A stretch of DNA of 64,000 bases from Macrostomum lignano (GCA_002269645.1 NIVC01002694.1:1-64000); one strand, 5' to 3'. Shown: positions 24,673 through 37,228, numbered from the stretch's first letter. The notes: generated from the letters alone by a model not told the origin. Made by a program: numbers and translations.

Positions 24673-26012
24673 TGGTCTACTGGGTGATTGGTAAAAATCT
24701 GGACATGGTTAGTTTTTGCCATAGACAAACTTTAACGAGGCGAATTTATTGAGCTGATGCTTTTGAGCAATACTGGGGGTCTTCCTCACAACTTAAGTTG
24801 TTTTTTTCACTCGTTTGCCCCGTCACGTCTGAGATGCAGTCTCTAAATGAAGAGCAGCGGCGTAAACTGGTTGTACAATATAAAATTGAGCACCCTGGGC
24901 TGAGCAAAGATGCAATCGCAAAATATTTTGCTGAGCTTGGTGTCCCAAGATCAACCATTTATGGAATTCTGGATCGCTACTCAGCAACTGGAGAAGATTC
25001 TGTGCTACGGAAGGAGGGGTCAGGACAATCAGCTACCAAGGTCACTGCCACTTTGATGGAGAAGATGTCAAATGATGCCAGGATGGGTCTGTCCCAGCAC
25101 GAAATTTCACGCAAATATGACATCAGCCAGCCGTACGTCAACGAGATTCTCAAGAAGCAGGGACTGAGTGCATACAAGAAAGAAAAAGTGTCATTTGTGT
25201 CGTTTGAGCAGAAAGAGCGCCAGCGTGTGAGGATTGACAGGCTCTACTGTGCTGTGCTGGCAGGAGATGACGGCGGACTGGACATTGTCATGGACGATGA
25301 ATCGTACTTCTCTCTGTCATCCAATGTCATCCCTGGTAACAGGTTCTATTATGCAACAGCTCAAGGTGATGCACCTGATGAGGTTAGGTGTTCACTCAGC
25401 AAGAAATTTGAGGCCAAAGTCTTGGTCTGACTGGCCATCAGCAAGAAGGGCATGTCCAAGGTCTTCTTCTGCCACGGCAGCTCAATGAACAAAGAGATCT
25501 ACATAAGAGAGTGCATTCACAAGCGTCTATTGCCATTTATTAAGGAACAGCATGCTGACGGCAACTACCTGTTCTGGCCTGACCTGGCGAGCTGTCACTA
25601 TGCTCGTGACGTCATTGACACATTTGAAGAGGAAGGTGTCAATTTTGTCAGCAAAGAGCTCAATCCTCCCAATGTACCACAACTGCGACCAATTGAGAAC
25701 TTCTGGGGGATGTTGAAGCAAAAGGTTTACCATCACAATTAAACGGCGGACAGTCTGGAACAGCTGGAAAATCGCATTCGCTACTGCCTCCGCCACGTGG
25801 ATCTGCACTGTGTACAGGAGATGATGACCAATGTCAAGTCCGGGATTCGCCGAGCTCGGGCTAATGGTGTCGGAGCCGTTTGGCAATGAGCCAGACAATC
25901 CCTTATATATTGAACTAAATCCAAGTTAAAAGACATGCGTTCAATTTGTTAATTGTTGTCTTGCTAAAACAAATAAAAATGTCCAGATTTTTACCAATCA
26001 CCCAGTAGACCA
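24673..26012 (+). mobile_element. IS630/Tc1/mariner DNA transposon, DD37E (ITmD37E) family, full length
   Basis: Perfect 36-bp inverted match 24671-24706 / 25979-26014 (TATGGTCTACTGGGTGATTGGTAAAAATCTGGACAT), TA at the outer ends; encloses the transposase. Confidence 0.93.
24834..25889 (+). pseudogene. DD37E transposase (351 codons, two in-frame stops)
   Basis: N-terminal HTH-like region; catalytic IVMDDESYF, FWPDLASCHY and PPNVPQLRPIENFWG with 37 residues counted between the second D and the E. Single frame throughout; stops at 25428-30 (TGA) and 25740-42 (TAA). Confidence 0.92.
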
Positions 26013-28216
26013 TAATAAGGATTGGGAAAGTAGCCTTTTTAAAAAATTCTAATGTTTATTATAAAATGGTCTAATTTTACATTGACTTAGGGTAAATAGT
26101 ACAATTTGTCATAAAGAAAAAGCATTGTAAATTGCATTGTATTTTCTTATCTTGTGCAATGCTTGGCGGGACAATTACTAATTAGATGACAAAGCATTTG
26201 GAAACCATTTAGATATTTGGATTTGGATTCAGAATTTTTTTGTATATTCAGATTTGGTTTCAGAAACTTGCAAAAATCTATATTTGGTCTATCACTAGGC
26301 CACTTCCCTAATAACAATTGCCTAAATTATATTGCCAACCCACCCAAAGTTTTGCGGATCTGGGTATACTCATCAACTTTTTATTCATCAACTGAGTTGA
26401 CGAGTTTACTATATTTCTAGGTAAGCCCAGGTAAATTTGTCAACTTAAGTTTAGTATAAAAAAGTATAGCGACATAATTTGTTAAACTAGTATGCCATTG
26501 AAATTGAGTTAATTATCATAATAATTATCTATATATTTACTTTTACTTTTATGATTTTTACAGCATTTGTTTAGCTTTGATTTGCTGCCCAATATTTTTG
26601 CTTTTACTATTTACAATTTGTTATGGATTTATTAACTTAAATTTTTCTTATGGAAATGCTGTGCTTTTTGCTGGGTTTTTTTACATTTTTTGATTCATTT
26701 TTATGAAACATATGATGTACAAAACCTAATTAATCAAAAATTGAAATTTCAATAATCAAAAATTGAAACTGAATACATTAGAGTATGTATTCGAGTATAA
26801 TATTCAAGTATAAAAACTTAAATCTGCACTTTTTAATAGTGGACTTTGTGGGTGCTTAGATCATTGGCACAAAGTGGAGCTTACTTAATTAAATACTTGT
26901 TTAGCAAATCATTTAATCACGAATGTAATCACGAATCAAACAAAATGCAGTTGACAAATTTTACCAGTTGACAAATTTACTACAGTTGACGGCAGTTGAC
27001 GAATAAAAAGTTAACGAGTCTAACAGCACCCAAGTTTTGCATATTACCAAAAAACTAGCACCCGACCTGGCTTGGTATAAATTCAAAAAAATTAAATTAT
27101 TTTTTGTTTAAACTTGCACTCATTTCAGCTGCAATGCAATGCAATGTCTAGGTGCTGTCCACCTATACTAATAACTAACAAGACAACAATAACAACAGTT
27201 CTAATTGGTGATCTTCAACAACTAAAGATTTGTGACAGGTTTGTTAACTTTGTGACACTTAACAATCTGAAATACTTTCCATAATATTTACTATCATCAG
27301 TATCATGCAATTTTACAAAAAATAATTTAAAGCAGGAAACTGCAATTATGCCCCCAGCTTATATATAAATATATCATGCTGTCTCTGTAACATTAATGTT
27401 AACAGTAACATTAACATTGCCTATCATCATCTAACTGAAAGGGCAATTAAAAAGCAAACATACTAGATTTTTTCAATTTAAAAAGTTTAACTAAACTCTA
27501 AAGTTATAATTTGTTCACAGTTGTCTTACGTTTGTATTTGACATTGGTACATGCACATGCCACATTGCTTTGCTTAGTGGCTTAGGCTCCGAAACTAACT
27601 TAACAATGTACCATGTTAATAAATAACCAAATTAACTCGTAAATATAGGCTGGCAAACTACTAACTAATTTGTCCCACAAGACAGCAAGGCATTAGTTAG
27701 ACAGAGAGCCGAGGCAGCAAGTAAGCAAATTATCTGTTAATTAGTCGTCTCGACCTCTATTCTTTCGTAGAAAGAAATTTTAACAGCTCAAATCCGTAAA
27801 ATCCAGTTAAAAATAAAGTAAATTTAAATTAAACGTGTTTCACGCTTCAATTTGATATTAAAAGCTTATCGTATCCCTTTGTTTTAAATAATACAGTTTT
27901 TTAACTCGCTAGCACTGTTTATTTTCTTTGTTTAAATTAATTGAGTTTTTACTTTAGTTATAAGCCGTTAGAAATGTAAAACTAAATTAAAAATGATTAG
28001 AATCATTAAGGTAAATACAAATCTCTTTTCTACATGTAGCTATAATTTTTATATCATTTTGCTAATTCGAGATAGTTATAATCTTGTAGCTGAATCATTC
28101 GTGCGTATTTCCTACATGCTATAGTAACATGTGCATGTAAAAGCTGATCGTTAAAGTTAAATCGTTACCGTTATCGTTAAATCGTTATCGTTAAATCATA
28201 TGTAAAAGTTTATCGC

Positions 28217-30812
28217 CCTTCTTGACCAGCTGGCCTCTCGGGACCTCATCGTTGTCACCAGCGACTTCAATGCTCCCCCGATCCCGGCCAGTTGACGGCC
28301 GACTGGTGAAAAATCGTTGCGGCTCAGCTAATGCCAACACAAGTTTCCTCTGTGACTTCATTCATTCTCGCGACCTGATGGCGGCAAATGGCTGCCTTCG
28401 CCAATGCCTCAGTGTTCTACCAACTTTCCATGGCCCAAACGGCAACACCCGCCTCGGATTCTCTGCCCAATGTCGCAGAGAGCTCGTGTCTCCGGGCCAT
28501 TCGTAACATCACCCTGAAATGCATCCCATCCGACCACACTCCGATCTCCTGTGCTGCAGACTGGACCTTCACTGGCACCGCTTCAGGAAGCCGACCAGTC
28601 CCCTGCCCTACTGGGGTGCACTCAAAAACTGAAATCAGATCGAACTTCCTGCGACAGCTCAAAGACTCGGGGCTCCGCCTTGACAGCAGCTACGACATCT
28701 TTTCCGCAGCAGTCGCTTCTGCGGCAGCAGTGCTCCCCAGGGGGCAACCGCGGTAATCGGGTGCACACTGGGACTCTCACCTGGATGTCATCAGAGCCCG
28801 GCAAGACATGCAAGCCGCAGTTGCCCGACATGGCACGCCAGCATTGCTGCCTCCACCGCGCGAGAGGCACTGCAAGCTGCCCACATCCAAGCTGCTGAGC
28901 TGTCCACCCAAGAAGCTGTGACGGAGATCAAGGCTGCCACTGACAACTGCCGCCATGCTGTGGCCTGGCGCACCATCAACCGCCTCACAGGACGGCGAGC
29001 CACGCCGAATGCTATCATTGCAACGCCCACTCCATCGAGCACCGCCTACAGCTGATTGCGGGCCACTTCCATTTTGTGCTCAATGCCCCAGCTCCCAGCG
29101 CTACTCTTCGCCCGCTCGCTGACTCTCCACCTGCCTGCCCATCCGACTTCAATTAATATTGCGCTCCGATCTCCATAGATGAAGTCTCCAAGGCCCTAAG
29201 ATCCATGCGGGCTGATGCAGCAGCGGGAACCGATGACATCCCACCGCGTGTCCTGAAGACGCCCGAGCTGCTGCCTGTCATCACTGGAATCCTTAACCGC
29301 TCCTGCTGCCTGGGCGGGAACTCAACTGCTAGTGCCCCAGAGCGATGGAGAACTTCTAAGATTGTGGCCATCCCAAGAAGAGCAACTCTAGCGGCCTCGA
29401 CAACTTGCGTGGCAAAGCCCAAGAGTGCACTCTGGCCAAAATCCTCAACACCATCCTTCGAAATTGCATTCAACCCATCATCAACCAGAGGCTTCTCAAC
29501 ATCCAGAGTGGCTTTCGACCTGGACGGTCAACAGCAGAACAAGTCGCTGCGATCCGGTGCCTGACGGACACCTGACGGACTGACACCTGCGAGACTCGCC
29601 AAAAGGCGGTGTCAATTGTTTTTGTAGATTTCTTCAAAGCTTTTGACTCCGTCAGCCGGGCGGCCATTGCCTGGCTCCTCCAGCAGTATGGAGTTCCTCA
29701 GCTGCTGGTACAGGCGATCATGGACCTCTACAACTCGTCCAAGGCTTTTGTCCAGATTGAACACGGCCCTACATCTGAATTTGCCACCCACCTCCGGGGT
29801 CCTGCAAGGTGACACCCTATCACCGTTTCTATTCGTTCTCCTGATCGACTACGTCATGCGGCTGGCTCTGCGCGATGCAGACGGCTATAAAGTGGGACCT
29901 CGCCGCAGCTCCCACTTACCCTGTGTCCAGCTGACCTGCCTCGCCGCAGCTCCCACTTTCCCTGTGTCCAGCTGACATGCCTCGCCGCAGCTCCCACTTA
30001 CCCTGTGTCCAGCTGACCTGCCTCGCCGCAGCTCCCACTTTCCCTGTGTCCAGCTGACCTGCCTCGCCGCAGCTCCCGCTTTCCCTGTGTCCAGCTGACC
30101 TGCCTCGCCGCAGCTCCCGCTTTCCCTGTGTCCAGCTGACCTGCCTCGCCGCAGCTCCCGCTTTCCCTGTGTCCAGCTGACCTGCCTCGCCGCAGCTCCC
30201 GCTTTCCCTGTGTCAAGCTGACCTGCCTCGCCTAAGCCGACGACTTGGCGCTGACCTGCTGCAGTCCCGAAGCTGCGCAGAGGGTGGTGAGTCGGCTGGC
30301 TGACGAGGGGAAGCGCGTGGGGCTCCACATCAACTACGGCAAGACAGAGGTGCTGCATGTTGGCATTGCCAACTCTCCACCGCTACTTCTACCGGACGGC
30401 AACACCATCGCCCCGTGCAACCAGTTCAAGTATCTGGGCGTCCTGGTCCCTGACCCGGATGCCATTGTCAACAACCGCAAGCAGCTGGCGTGGCGGGCCT
30501 CCCACCTTCTCCGCTCCATCTCTAACTGCCGACTCGCCTCCGACTGCCTGAAGGTCGCTCTATTCCGCTCGGCAGTAGAGACGGTGCTGACCTACGGACT
30601 GGAAGCCGTCCCCATGACTGCCACTGGTGAGGCGAGCTTGGAGGCCTGGCATCGTCACCTCCTGCGCAATGCCCCGGGCATCCGGTTCCCCGAGCGCGTG
30701 AGCAATGCCGAGCTGGCGGCCCGGACCCGCGCCAGATGTTGATCGGCCACTGCCTGCGGGCCCACACACGGGGCACCGGGCCGCCGCTCGCTGACCTGCT
30801 GCTCAGCCCGCC
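28217..30812 (+). mobile_element. Decayed RTE-like non-LTR retrotransposon (APE endonuclease + RT), copy 1
   Basis: EN remnants (VVTSDFNA, IPSDHTPI); RT motifs VSIVFVDFFKAFDSV, GVLQGDTLSPFLF, LA*ADD, INYGKTEVL, FKYLG, LFRSAVETVLTYG; many frameshifts. Confidence 0.9.
29898..30232 (+). repeat. 41-bp minisatellite (~8 units) inside the RT gene
   Basis: Unit CCTCGCCGCAGCTCCCGCTTTCCCTGTGTCCAGCTGACCTG; CGCCGCAG at 29901, 29942, 29983. Confidence 0.95.
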
Positions 30813-31286
30813 TTGTGGGAGACTTCTGTACCGTTCTGTACCGAATGACCCTTGTACTGAAGTTGCACTAAAGCGTCCTCTACTAATTACACGAATACAC
30901 CTACTATTACTTGTTTTCATGCCCGTAAGGCACTTCAGCGTAGATTCTGGCGTCCATATCGACGGCACACTGGCAGTCGGGTGTACATACACGAACTCAA
31001 GCATGTAAGTAAATGTACATATACATGTAAGAAGACATATAGGTCGTAAGCATAGCTCTGGAATGCAGGCACATATAGCAGACACATACTGATGGTATGT
31101 ACTTAAAGAAAAATCACTGTGACCTTACCTGTACAGTACATGTAAAACGTAAGCATGCATATAACTAATTGAGTTCTTCGTCGGATTTACATGGTCACAT
31201 TTACAATCGAGCATGTATAATGTGACCAGATGACATACTACAGAGAAAACAATATGACAAATGGGTGCTCATATCGACTAGCAGGT

Positions 31287-32003
31287 GCAGACACTATCCT
31301 CTACAGGTGACACTATCCTGTCTAACCGGTGACACTATCCTGTCTATCAGGTGACACTATCCTGTCTAACAGGTGACAGTCTATCACACTATCCTGTCTG
31401 ACAGGTGACACTATCCTGTCTATCAGGTGACACTATCCTGTCTAACAGGTGACACTATCCTGTCTAACAGGTGACACTATCCTGTCTGACAGGTGACACT
31501 ATCCTGTCTGACAGGTGACACTATCCTGTCTAACAGGTGACACTATCCTGTCTAACAGGTGACACTATCCTGTCTATCAGGTGACACTATCCTGTCTAAC
31601 AGGTGACACTATCCTGTCTAACAGGTGACACTATCCTGTCTAACAGGTGACACTATCCTGTCTGACAGGTGACACTATCCTGTCTATCAGGTGACACTAT
31701 CCTGTCTAACAGGTGACACTATCCTGTCTAACAGGTGACACTATCCTGTCTGACAGGTGACACTATCCTGTCTAACAGGTGACACTATCCTGTCTGACAG
31801 GTGACACTATCCTGTCTATCAGGTGACACTATCCTGTCTAACAGGTGACACTATCCTGTCTATCAGGTGACACTCCTATCTAACAGGTGACTCTATCCTG
31901 TCTATCAGGTGACACTATCCTGTCTAACATCTAACAGGTGACACTATCCTGTCTAACATCTAACAGGTGACACTCCTATCTAACAGGTGACTCTATCCTG
32001 TCT
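31287..32003 (+). repeat. 22-bp minisatellite, family A (copy 2)
   Basis: Same unit as 4897-5833. Confidence 0.96.
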
Positions 32004-32849
32004 AATCAGTGTGGCACACTTTCTAATTTGCAAGTTTATAGTTTAAAAAAATAACTTAAACATGTTGACTTCAGCTTCACCAGAAAGCTCTATTTTGGGC
32101 CGGATATTTGCTTCAATATGCGCATATACCTTTACTAGCAGTAGAAATAAATGCTTTTATATTTTCACATTCTATGTAATATAGGCACTAATAAGATAAT
32201 AATATTATGTAAATCAGACTTATAATTAAATCTGCTTTTATTGCATCGTGCAAAATATTTGCGACTGTGTTTGTTGAAACAGTACCACGCATAAATATGT
32301 AGTATATAAATCCGACACATCGATATATAAGCAGTAATTATCAGGATAATTGGATCTACTCGTGCCATCAAAGTGAGGAAGGCATCCATATGTAAAGCGT
32401 TATTCCACAGCAAAAATAGATACAGACATATTTTGGGATGGTTATAGCCTACGCTTCGTGAGAGCTAACAAGATTTTGACAATAATTTGGGTTTTTTATA
32501 GAAATTTAGCATTAATTATAACAAAAACTAGAAATGAATTTATTTATGCGTACGATACGCCGATATGTTGTATTAATAACGGGTATTGGATAGTAAAAAA
32601 TAGAGGAGCAGGTGTCTCAGATTGGCTAAAATTTATGGGACAATAATGAAAAGCACGTTAATTAACTTCAATCAAAGACGTTTTTATTATTTTTACAACG
32701 CTATCCTGAGTAAAAAATTTTTGGCTGCTGCTATTGTTTTTTAAGTCAATTATTTAATTTACTTCTAGGCGCTGTGACTGTGACCAGCTGTAGCAGAGGT
32801 TCATTGATTTCATTGATTCTGTGTGCTTAAACAGGATACTCAGCTGTTA

Positions 32850-33417
32850 TAGTGGACACTCACCTGTTATACTGGACACTCGCCTGTTAGACCAGACACC
32901 TACTTTTTAGATTGCACACTCACGTGTTGGACTGGACACTCACCTGTTAGATAAGAGTCTCACCTGTTAGATAAGAGTCTCACCTGTTAGATAAGAGTTT
33001 CACCTGTTAAATAAGAGTCTCACCTGTTAAATAAGAGTCTTACCTGTTAGATAAGAGTCGCACCTGTTAATTAGAGTCTCATCCGTTAGAAAACAGTCTT
33101 ACCTGTTAGATAAGAGACTCACTTGTTAGATAAGAGTCTCACCTGTTAGATAAGAGTCTCACCTGTTAGATAAGAGTCTCACCTGTTAGATAAGAGTCTC
33201 TCCTGTTAGATAAGAGTCTCACCTGTTAGATAAGAGTCTTACCTGTTAGATAAGAGTCTCACCTGTTAATTAGAGTCTCATCCGTTAGAAAACAGTCTCA
33301 CCTGTTAGAAAACAGTCTCTCCTGTTAGATAAGAGTCTCACCTGTTAGATAAGAGTCTCACCTGTTAATTAGAGTCTCATCCGTTAGAAAACAGTCTTAC
33401 CTGTTAGATAAGAGACT
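32850..33417 (-). repeat. 20-bp minisatellite related to family A, opposite orientation
   Basis: Unit CTCACCTGTTAGATAAGAGT contains TCACCTGTTAG, the reverse complement of CTAACAGGTGA. Confidence 0.9.
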
Positions 33418-33490
33418 CGCTAACTATTTTGGGAAGCTAAAATGTAAGCGTCTAGTTTGACCTGATAAGTGACGTCATGGTCTTGTGTAG

Positions 33491-33680
33491 AGTCCAGGTA
33501 AGGTACACCGGTTGAGGAAAGTCAGGAAAACGAAAGCAAAAGCGAGCATTCGCATTTTATTTTGAATAGTACGAAATTACAATTAATTAATCAATCTTCG
33601 CGCGACATGTTTCGCCGAACAATCGGCATCTTCAGGCAAGGCAATAATAATGCGAATGTTCGCTTTTGCTTTCGTTTTCC
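33491..33680 (-). mobile_element. 190-bp Penelope-like/retrozyme-like insertion
   Basis: 12-bp direct repeat GGTCTTGTGTAG at 33479-90 and 33681-92; internal 32-bp inverted repeat 33525-56 / 33649-80 (1 mismatch); hammerhead core; AATAAA on the minus strand at 33561-33556. Confidence 0.75.
33598..33642 (-). ncRNA. Minimal type I hammerhead ribozyme motif
   Basis: Minus strand CUGAAGA-U-GCCGA(UUGU)UCGGC-GAAAC-AU-GUC; palindromic ACAUGU helix III; GUC cleavage triplet ending at 33604; helix I only ~3 bp. Confidence 0.7.
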
Positions 33681-34007
33681 GGTCTTGTGTAGCATTTCTT
33701 CCATTGACTAAATCGCGTGCATTGAAAGCTTTTCTTTTTTAGACTTCTCACCTCAAAATATTGACGAAAAAAGTGACAAATTTGTCTCGTTAAGACGCAA
33801 AGAGCGGTTGCCTGAGTACTTAGATCTTTCCTAAATACTAATTCGATGACTTGAAAAAGGGTAAAGGAAGGGTATTTTCTCTTGAGCTGACATCTGTCAC
33901 TAAAATCCGAAGCTTAAGAAGTCAAATACTCGTAGACTTTGAAATTGTATGAATATATGAATGGTCTGCAAGTCTTTATCAAGTTTTTGTGCTATCTTTT
34001 GATGCTT

Positions 34008-34390
34008 ATTAGATGCTTTCTAGATGCTTGTTAGTTGCTTTTTAGATGCTTTTTAGATGCCTTCTAGATGCTTTCTAGATGCTTGTTAGATGCTTGTTAT
34101 ATGCTTTCTAGATGCTATTCTAGATGCTTTCTATATGCTTTTTAGATGCTTTTTAGATGCTTTCTAGATGCTTTCTAGATGCTTGTTAGATGCTTTCTAG
34201 ATGCTTTCTAGATGCTTTCTAGATGCTTTTTAGATGCTTTTCAGATGCTTTCTAGATGCTTTCTAGATGCTTGTTAGATGCTTTCTAGATGCTATTTTAG
34301 ATGCTTTTTAGATGCTTTTAGATGCTTTCTAGATGCTTTCTACATGCTTGTTAGATGCTTTCTAGATGCTTTCTAGAAACTTTTTAGATG
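34008..34390. repeat. ~11-bp minisatellite
   Basis: Unit TAGATGCTTTC. Confidence 0.92.
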
Positions 34391-34754
34391 ATTTCGATAT
34401 AAAATCTATACGCTTTATAGTGCATACTTGATTTCTAGATGATTTTTTATGCGATCTAGATGCTTTTTCTATTTGGTTCTACGAAGCTTTCTAGATGCGA
34501 TCTTGATGCTTTCCAGATGCTTTCTAGATGCCACGTATTTTACCTCCATAAACTGACTGTGGCTGCCACCATAGAGCTAGCAGAAAAGCTATCACAAATG
34601 AGATGTAAGAATCTGACCATTAGAAATGCAAGAAGAGATCGCAGGGACCAGTCAGAGTCGGCCAACAGCAACCGCACCAGCCGATTGGCCAAGCGCCTGG
34701 CAACCAAACAGAAAGCAAATAATATAAATTTCTGCTTTTGAGCTGCCAATTTTT

Positions 34755-35405
34755 ATGCTTCGAAGTATTTCTCCCAGTCCACTCCATCTAAACTGTAGTC
34801 GACTCCGCAATATGATAGAATCAAAGCTTGAGCACTCGATTCACTGCTCTCTAGTCAGCAGCAGCAGCAATGACAGCAGTCTGGAAGCCTGCCCTAGCAA
34901 CGCGAACTATACTTCAAACAGCACAAGCACTCCGCCAGATCAAGCATTCGCCTTCATATCTGGCTTGCTAATACTAATCTGCCTAATAGTTGGAGTCTGC
35001 GGCAACCTGTGGATTGTTGCTACAGTTCTTGTCAGGCGGGAGATGCGAACCAACTTGATTAATCTGTTTATCACCAGTCTGTGCTTGAACGACCTGTTGA
35101 ATCTGATGCTTAATCAAACCATGGTTGCCGTCTCCTACCTGGTGCACGGCTGGATTCTGGGCCAGGTGCTGTGCGACTTCATGCCCGAGTTCAACATGGT
35201 GCTGGTCTGCGTGTCGCTCTGGCATCACGCGCTGATTGCGCTGCACCGGTATATTGTGGTTGTACACAATAACGCTTATATTGCTATGCATAAAGGACTT
35301 TATTCAGCTGTGATGTTGCTGGGTACCCGACTGTTTGCCGCCCTGCTGAGCCTGTCTTATCCGCTGCTGAACAGAGGCCAGTGGGACAATATGACTGTCT
35401 ATCAG
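34755..35405 (+). CDS. Class A GPCR exon 1 (TM1-TM4), Tre1/moody/GPR84-like
   Basis: N-terminal N-glycosylation sequons; GVCGNLWIV (TM1), FITSLCLNDL (TM2), WILGQVLC, LIALHRYIVVVH (TM3); donor CAG|GTGAGG, phase 0. The start may be the second ATG at 34812. Confidence 0.85.
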
Positions 35406-35414
35406 GTGAGGCTT

Positions 35415-36000
35415 TGGGATTTCCTAACTGGGATTTCCCTCTGTATTGTCCTGTGTTAGCTGGATTGGGATTTCCCTGTGTATTGTCCTGTGTTTAGCTA
35501 GACTGGGATTTCCCTGTGTATTGTCCTGTGTTTAGCTGAACTGGGATTTCCCCATGCATTGTGCTGTGTTAGCTAGTTTGGAATTTCCCTGTGTATTGTC
35601 CTGTGTTTAGCTGGACTGGGATTTCCCTGTGTATTGTACTTTGTTTAGCTGAACTGGGATTTCCCCATGCATTGTACTGTGTTAGCTAGTTTGAAATTTC
35701 CCTGTGTATTGCACTGTGTTAGCTGGATTGGGATTTCCCTGTGTATTGTCCTGTGTTTAGCTGAACTGGGATTTCCCTGTGTATTGCACTGTGTTAGCTG
35801 GATTGGGATTTCCCTGTGTATTGTCCTGTGTTTAGCTAGACTGGGATTTCCCTGTGTATTGTCCTGTGTTTAGCTGAACTGGGATTTCCCCATGCATTGT
35901 GCTGTGTTAGCTAGTTTGGAATTTGCCTGTGTATTGTATTGTGTTTAGCTGAATTGGGATTTCCCTCTGTATTGTACTGTGTTAGCTGGATTGGGATTTC
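35415..36000. repeat. ~40-bp minisatellite in GPCR intron 1
   Basis: Unit TGGGATTTCCCTGTGTATTGTCCTGTGTTTAGCTGAAC and variants. Confidence 0.9.
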
Positions 36001-36394
36001 CCGAAAAAATTTTATTGCTTGGCTAGATGCGGATTCCCCTAAAAATAGAATTAAGCCTACGGGATGGGATTCCCTATGTCGTATTGTTTGGCTTAGGATA
36101 TGGATTTCCCTTTAGATTTTACTACTTGGCTGGATTGGTATTCCCCTTAAAGAAATAGGGTTCACCTTAAGGTATGGGATTCCCCTATTTTGAACAGTTT
36201 GGCTGGATCAGGCTTTCCCCTATTTTAGACAGTTTGCTTGGATTCAGATTCACCGTGTTCGACAGCGTGTTTGGACTGTTTAGAATGAAAATCCCGATTA
36301 AGCATTGGATTCTCTTTTTAGAAATGGATTCATCGAGAAACATGAGATCCTCCTTAAAAATGGGACTCCCTGTTTAGGTCATTGGATTCATATT

Positions 36395-36700
36395 AGGACA
36401 TGGGATTCCCCATTTAGGTCACGGGATTCCTATTAAGGAATGGGATTCCCCATTTAAGTGATGGGATTCATATTAAGGCATGGGATTCCTAATATGGGAT
36501 TCCCAATTTAGGACATGGGATTCCCCTCAAGGCATGGAATTCCCTCAAGGCATGGGATTCCCCTTTAAGGCATGGGATTCCCCTTTAAGGCATGGATTCC
36601 CTCAAGGCATGGAATTGCCTCAAGGCATGGGATTACCCTCAAGGCATGAGATTCCCCCCAAGGCATGGGATTCCCCATTTAGGTCATGGGATTCCCCTCT
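36395..36700. repeat. ~20-bp degenerate minisatellite in GPCR intron 1
   Basis: Unit CATGGGATTCCCCTTTAAGG. Confidence 0.85.
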
Positions 36701-36738
36701 ACAAAGTTCTGGACTAAGTCAACCGCACAACACTGCAG

Positions 36739-37228
36739 GCAAAAATGCTCCGCTGCATTTACGAGCACACGCAGCGCCGCAGAATCCTGGGAATTGTGCT
36801 GCTCACCCAGTTCCTGCCTGCGTCATCATCATCGTCTGCTTCATCCTGATCTTCATGTTCGTCCACAGCACGGGCCGCAGGTCCTCGGCCGCGATCGGCT
36901 GCTAATTGAAAGCGAAATATAAATCACAAAAATGTTCGGCCGTGTTTTGTCATGTTCCTACTGGGATTTATTCCCTACGGAGTTTTGCGAATTGTTCGAT
37001 TCGGACAATCAGCGCGATTCCAAACGCTTACGTTGTTGTTACGGGTGCTCTACGCCATGGCCTCTGCGCCAATCCGTCATCTTTGGGGCCATGAATAGAG
37101 AAATTCGACTGGCTGCTTGCAGCTGCTGCCGGGCCGGTGCGCCAGCGCAGGGGAACGGGGTCGCAGCAACGCAGGAGCAGGGGAAGAGGCATCACCGTGA
37201 GCATCAGTATGCGGCGAGAGCAGACTAG
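36739..37228 (+). pseudogene. GPCR exon 2 (ECL2-TM7), frameshifted as given
   Basis: Acceptor CTGCAG|GCA, phase 0. Pieces AKMLRCIYEH...ILGIVLLTQFLP / VIIIVCFILIFMFV / ESEI*ITKMFG / FVMFLLGFIPYGVLRIV...VLYAMAS / CANP / VIFGAMNREIR lie in alternating frames (about five 1-bp deletions plus one stop). Confidence 0.75.

Noticed and set aside
32165-32413. Minus-strand stretch with NYPDNYC, CUB-like
   Set aside because: Short, bounded by stops, and no convincing splice sites.
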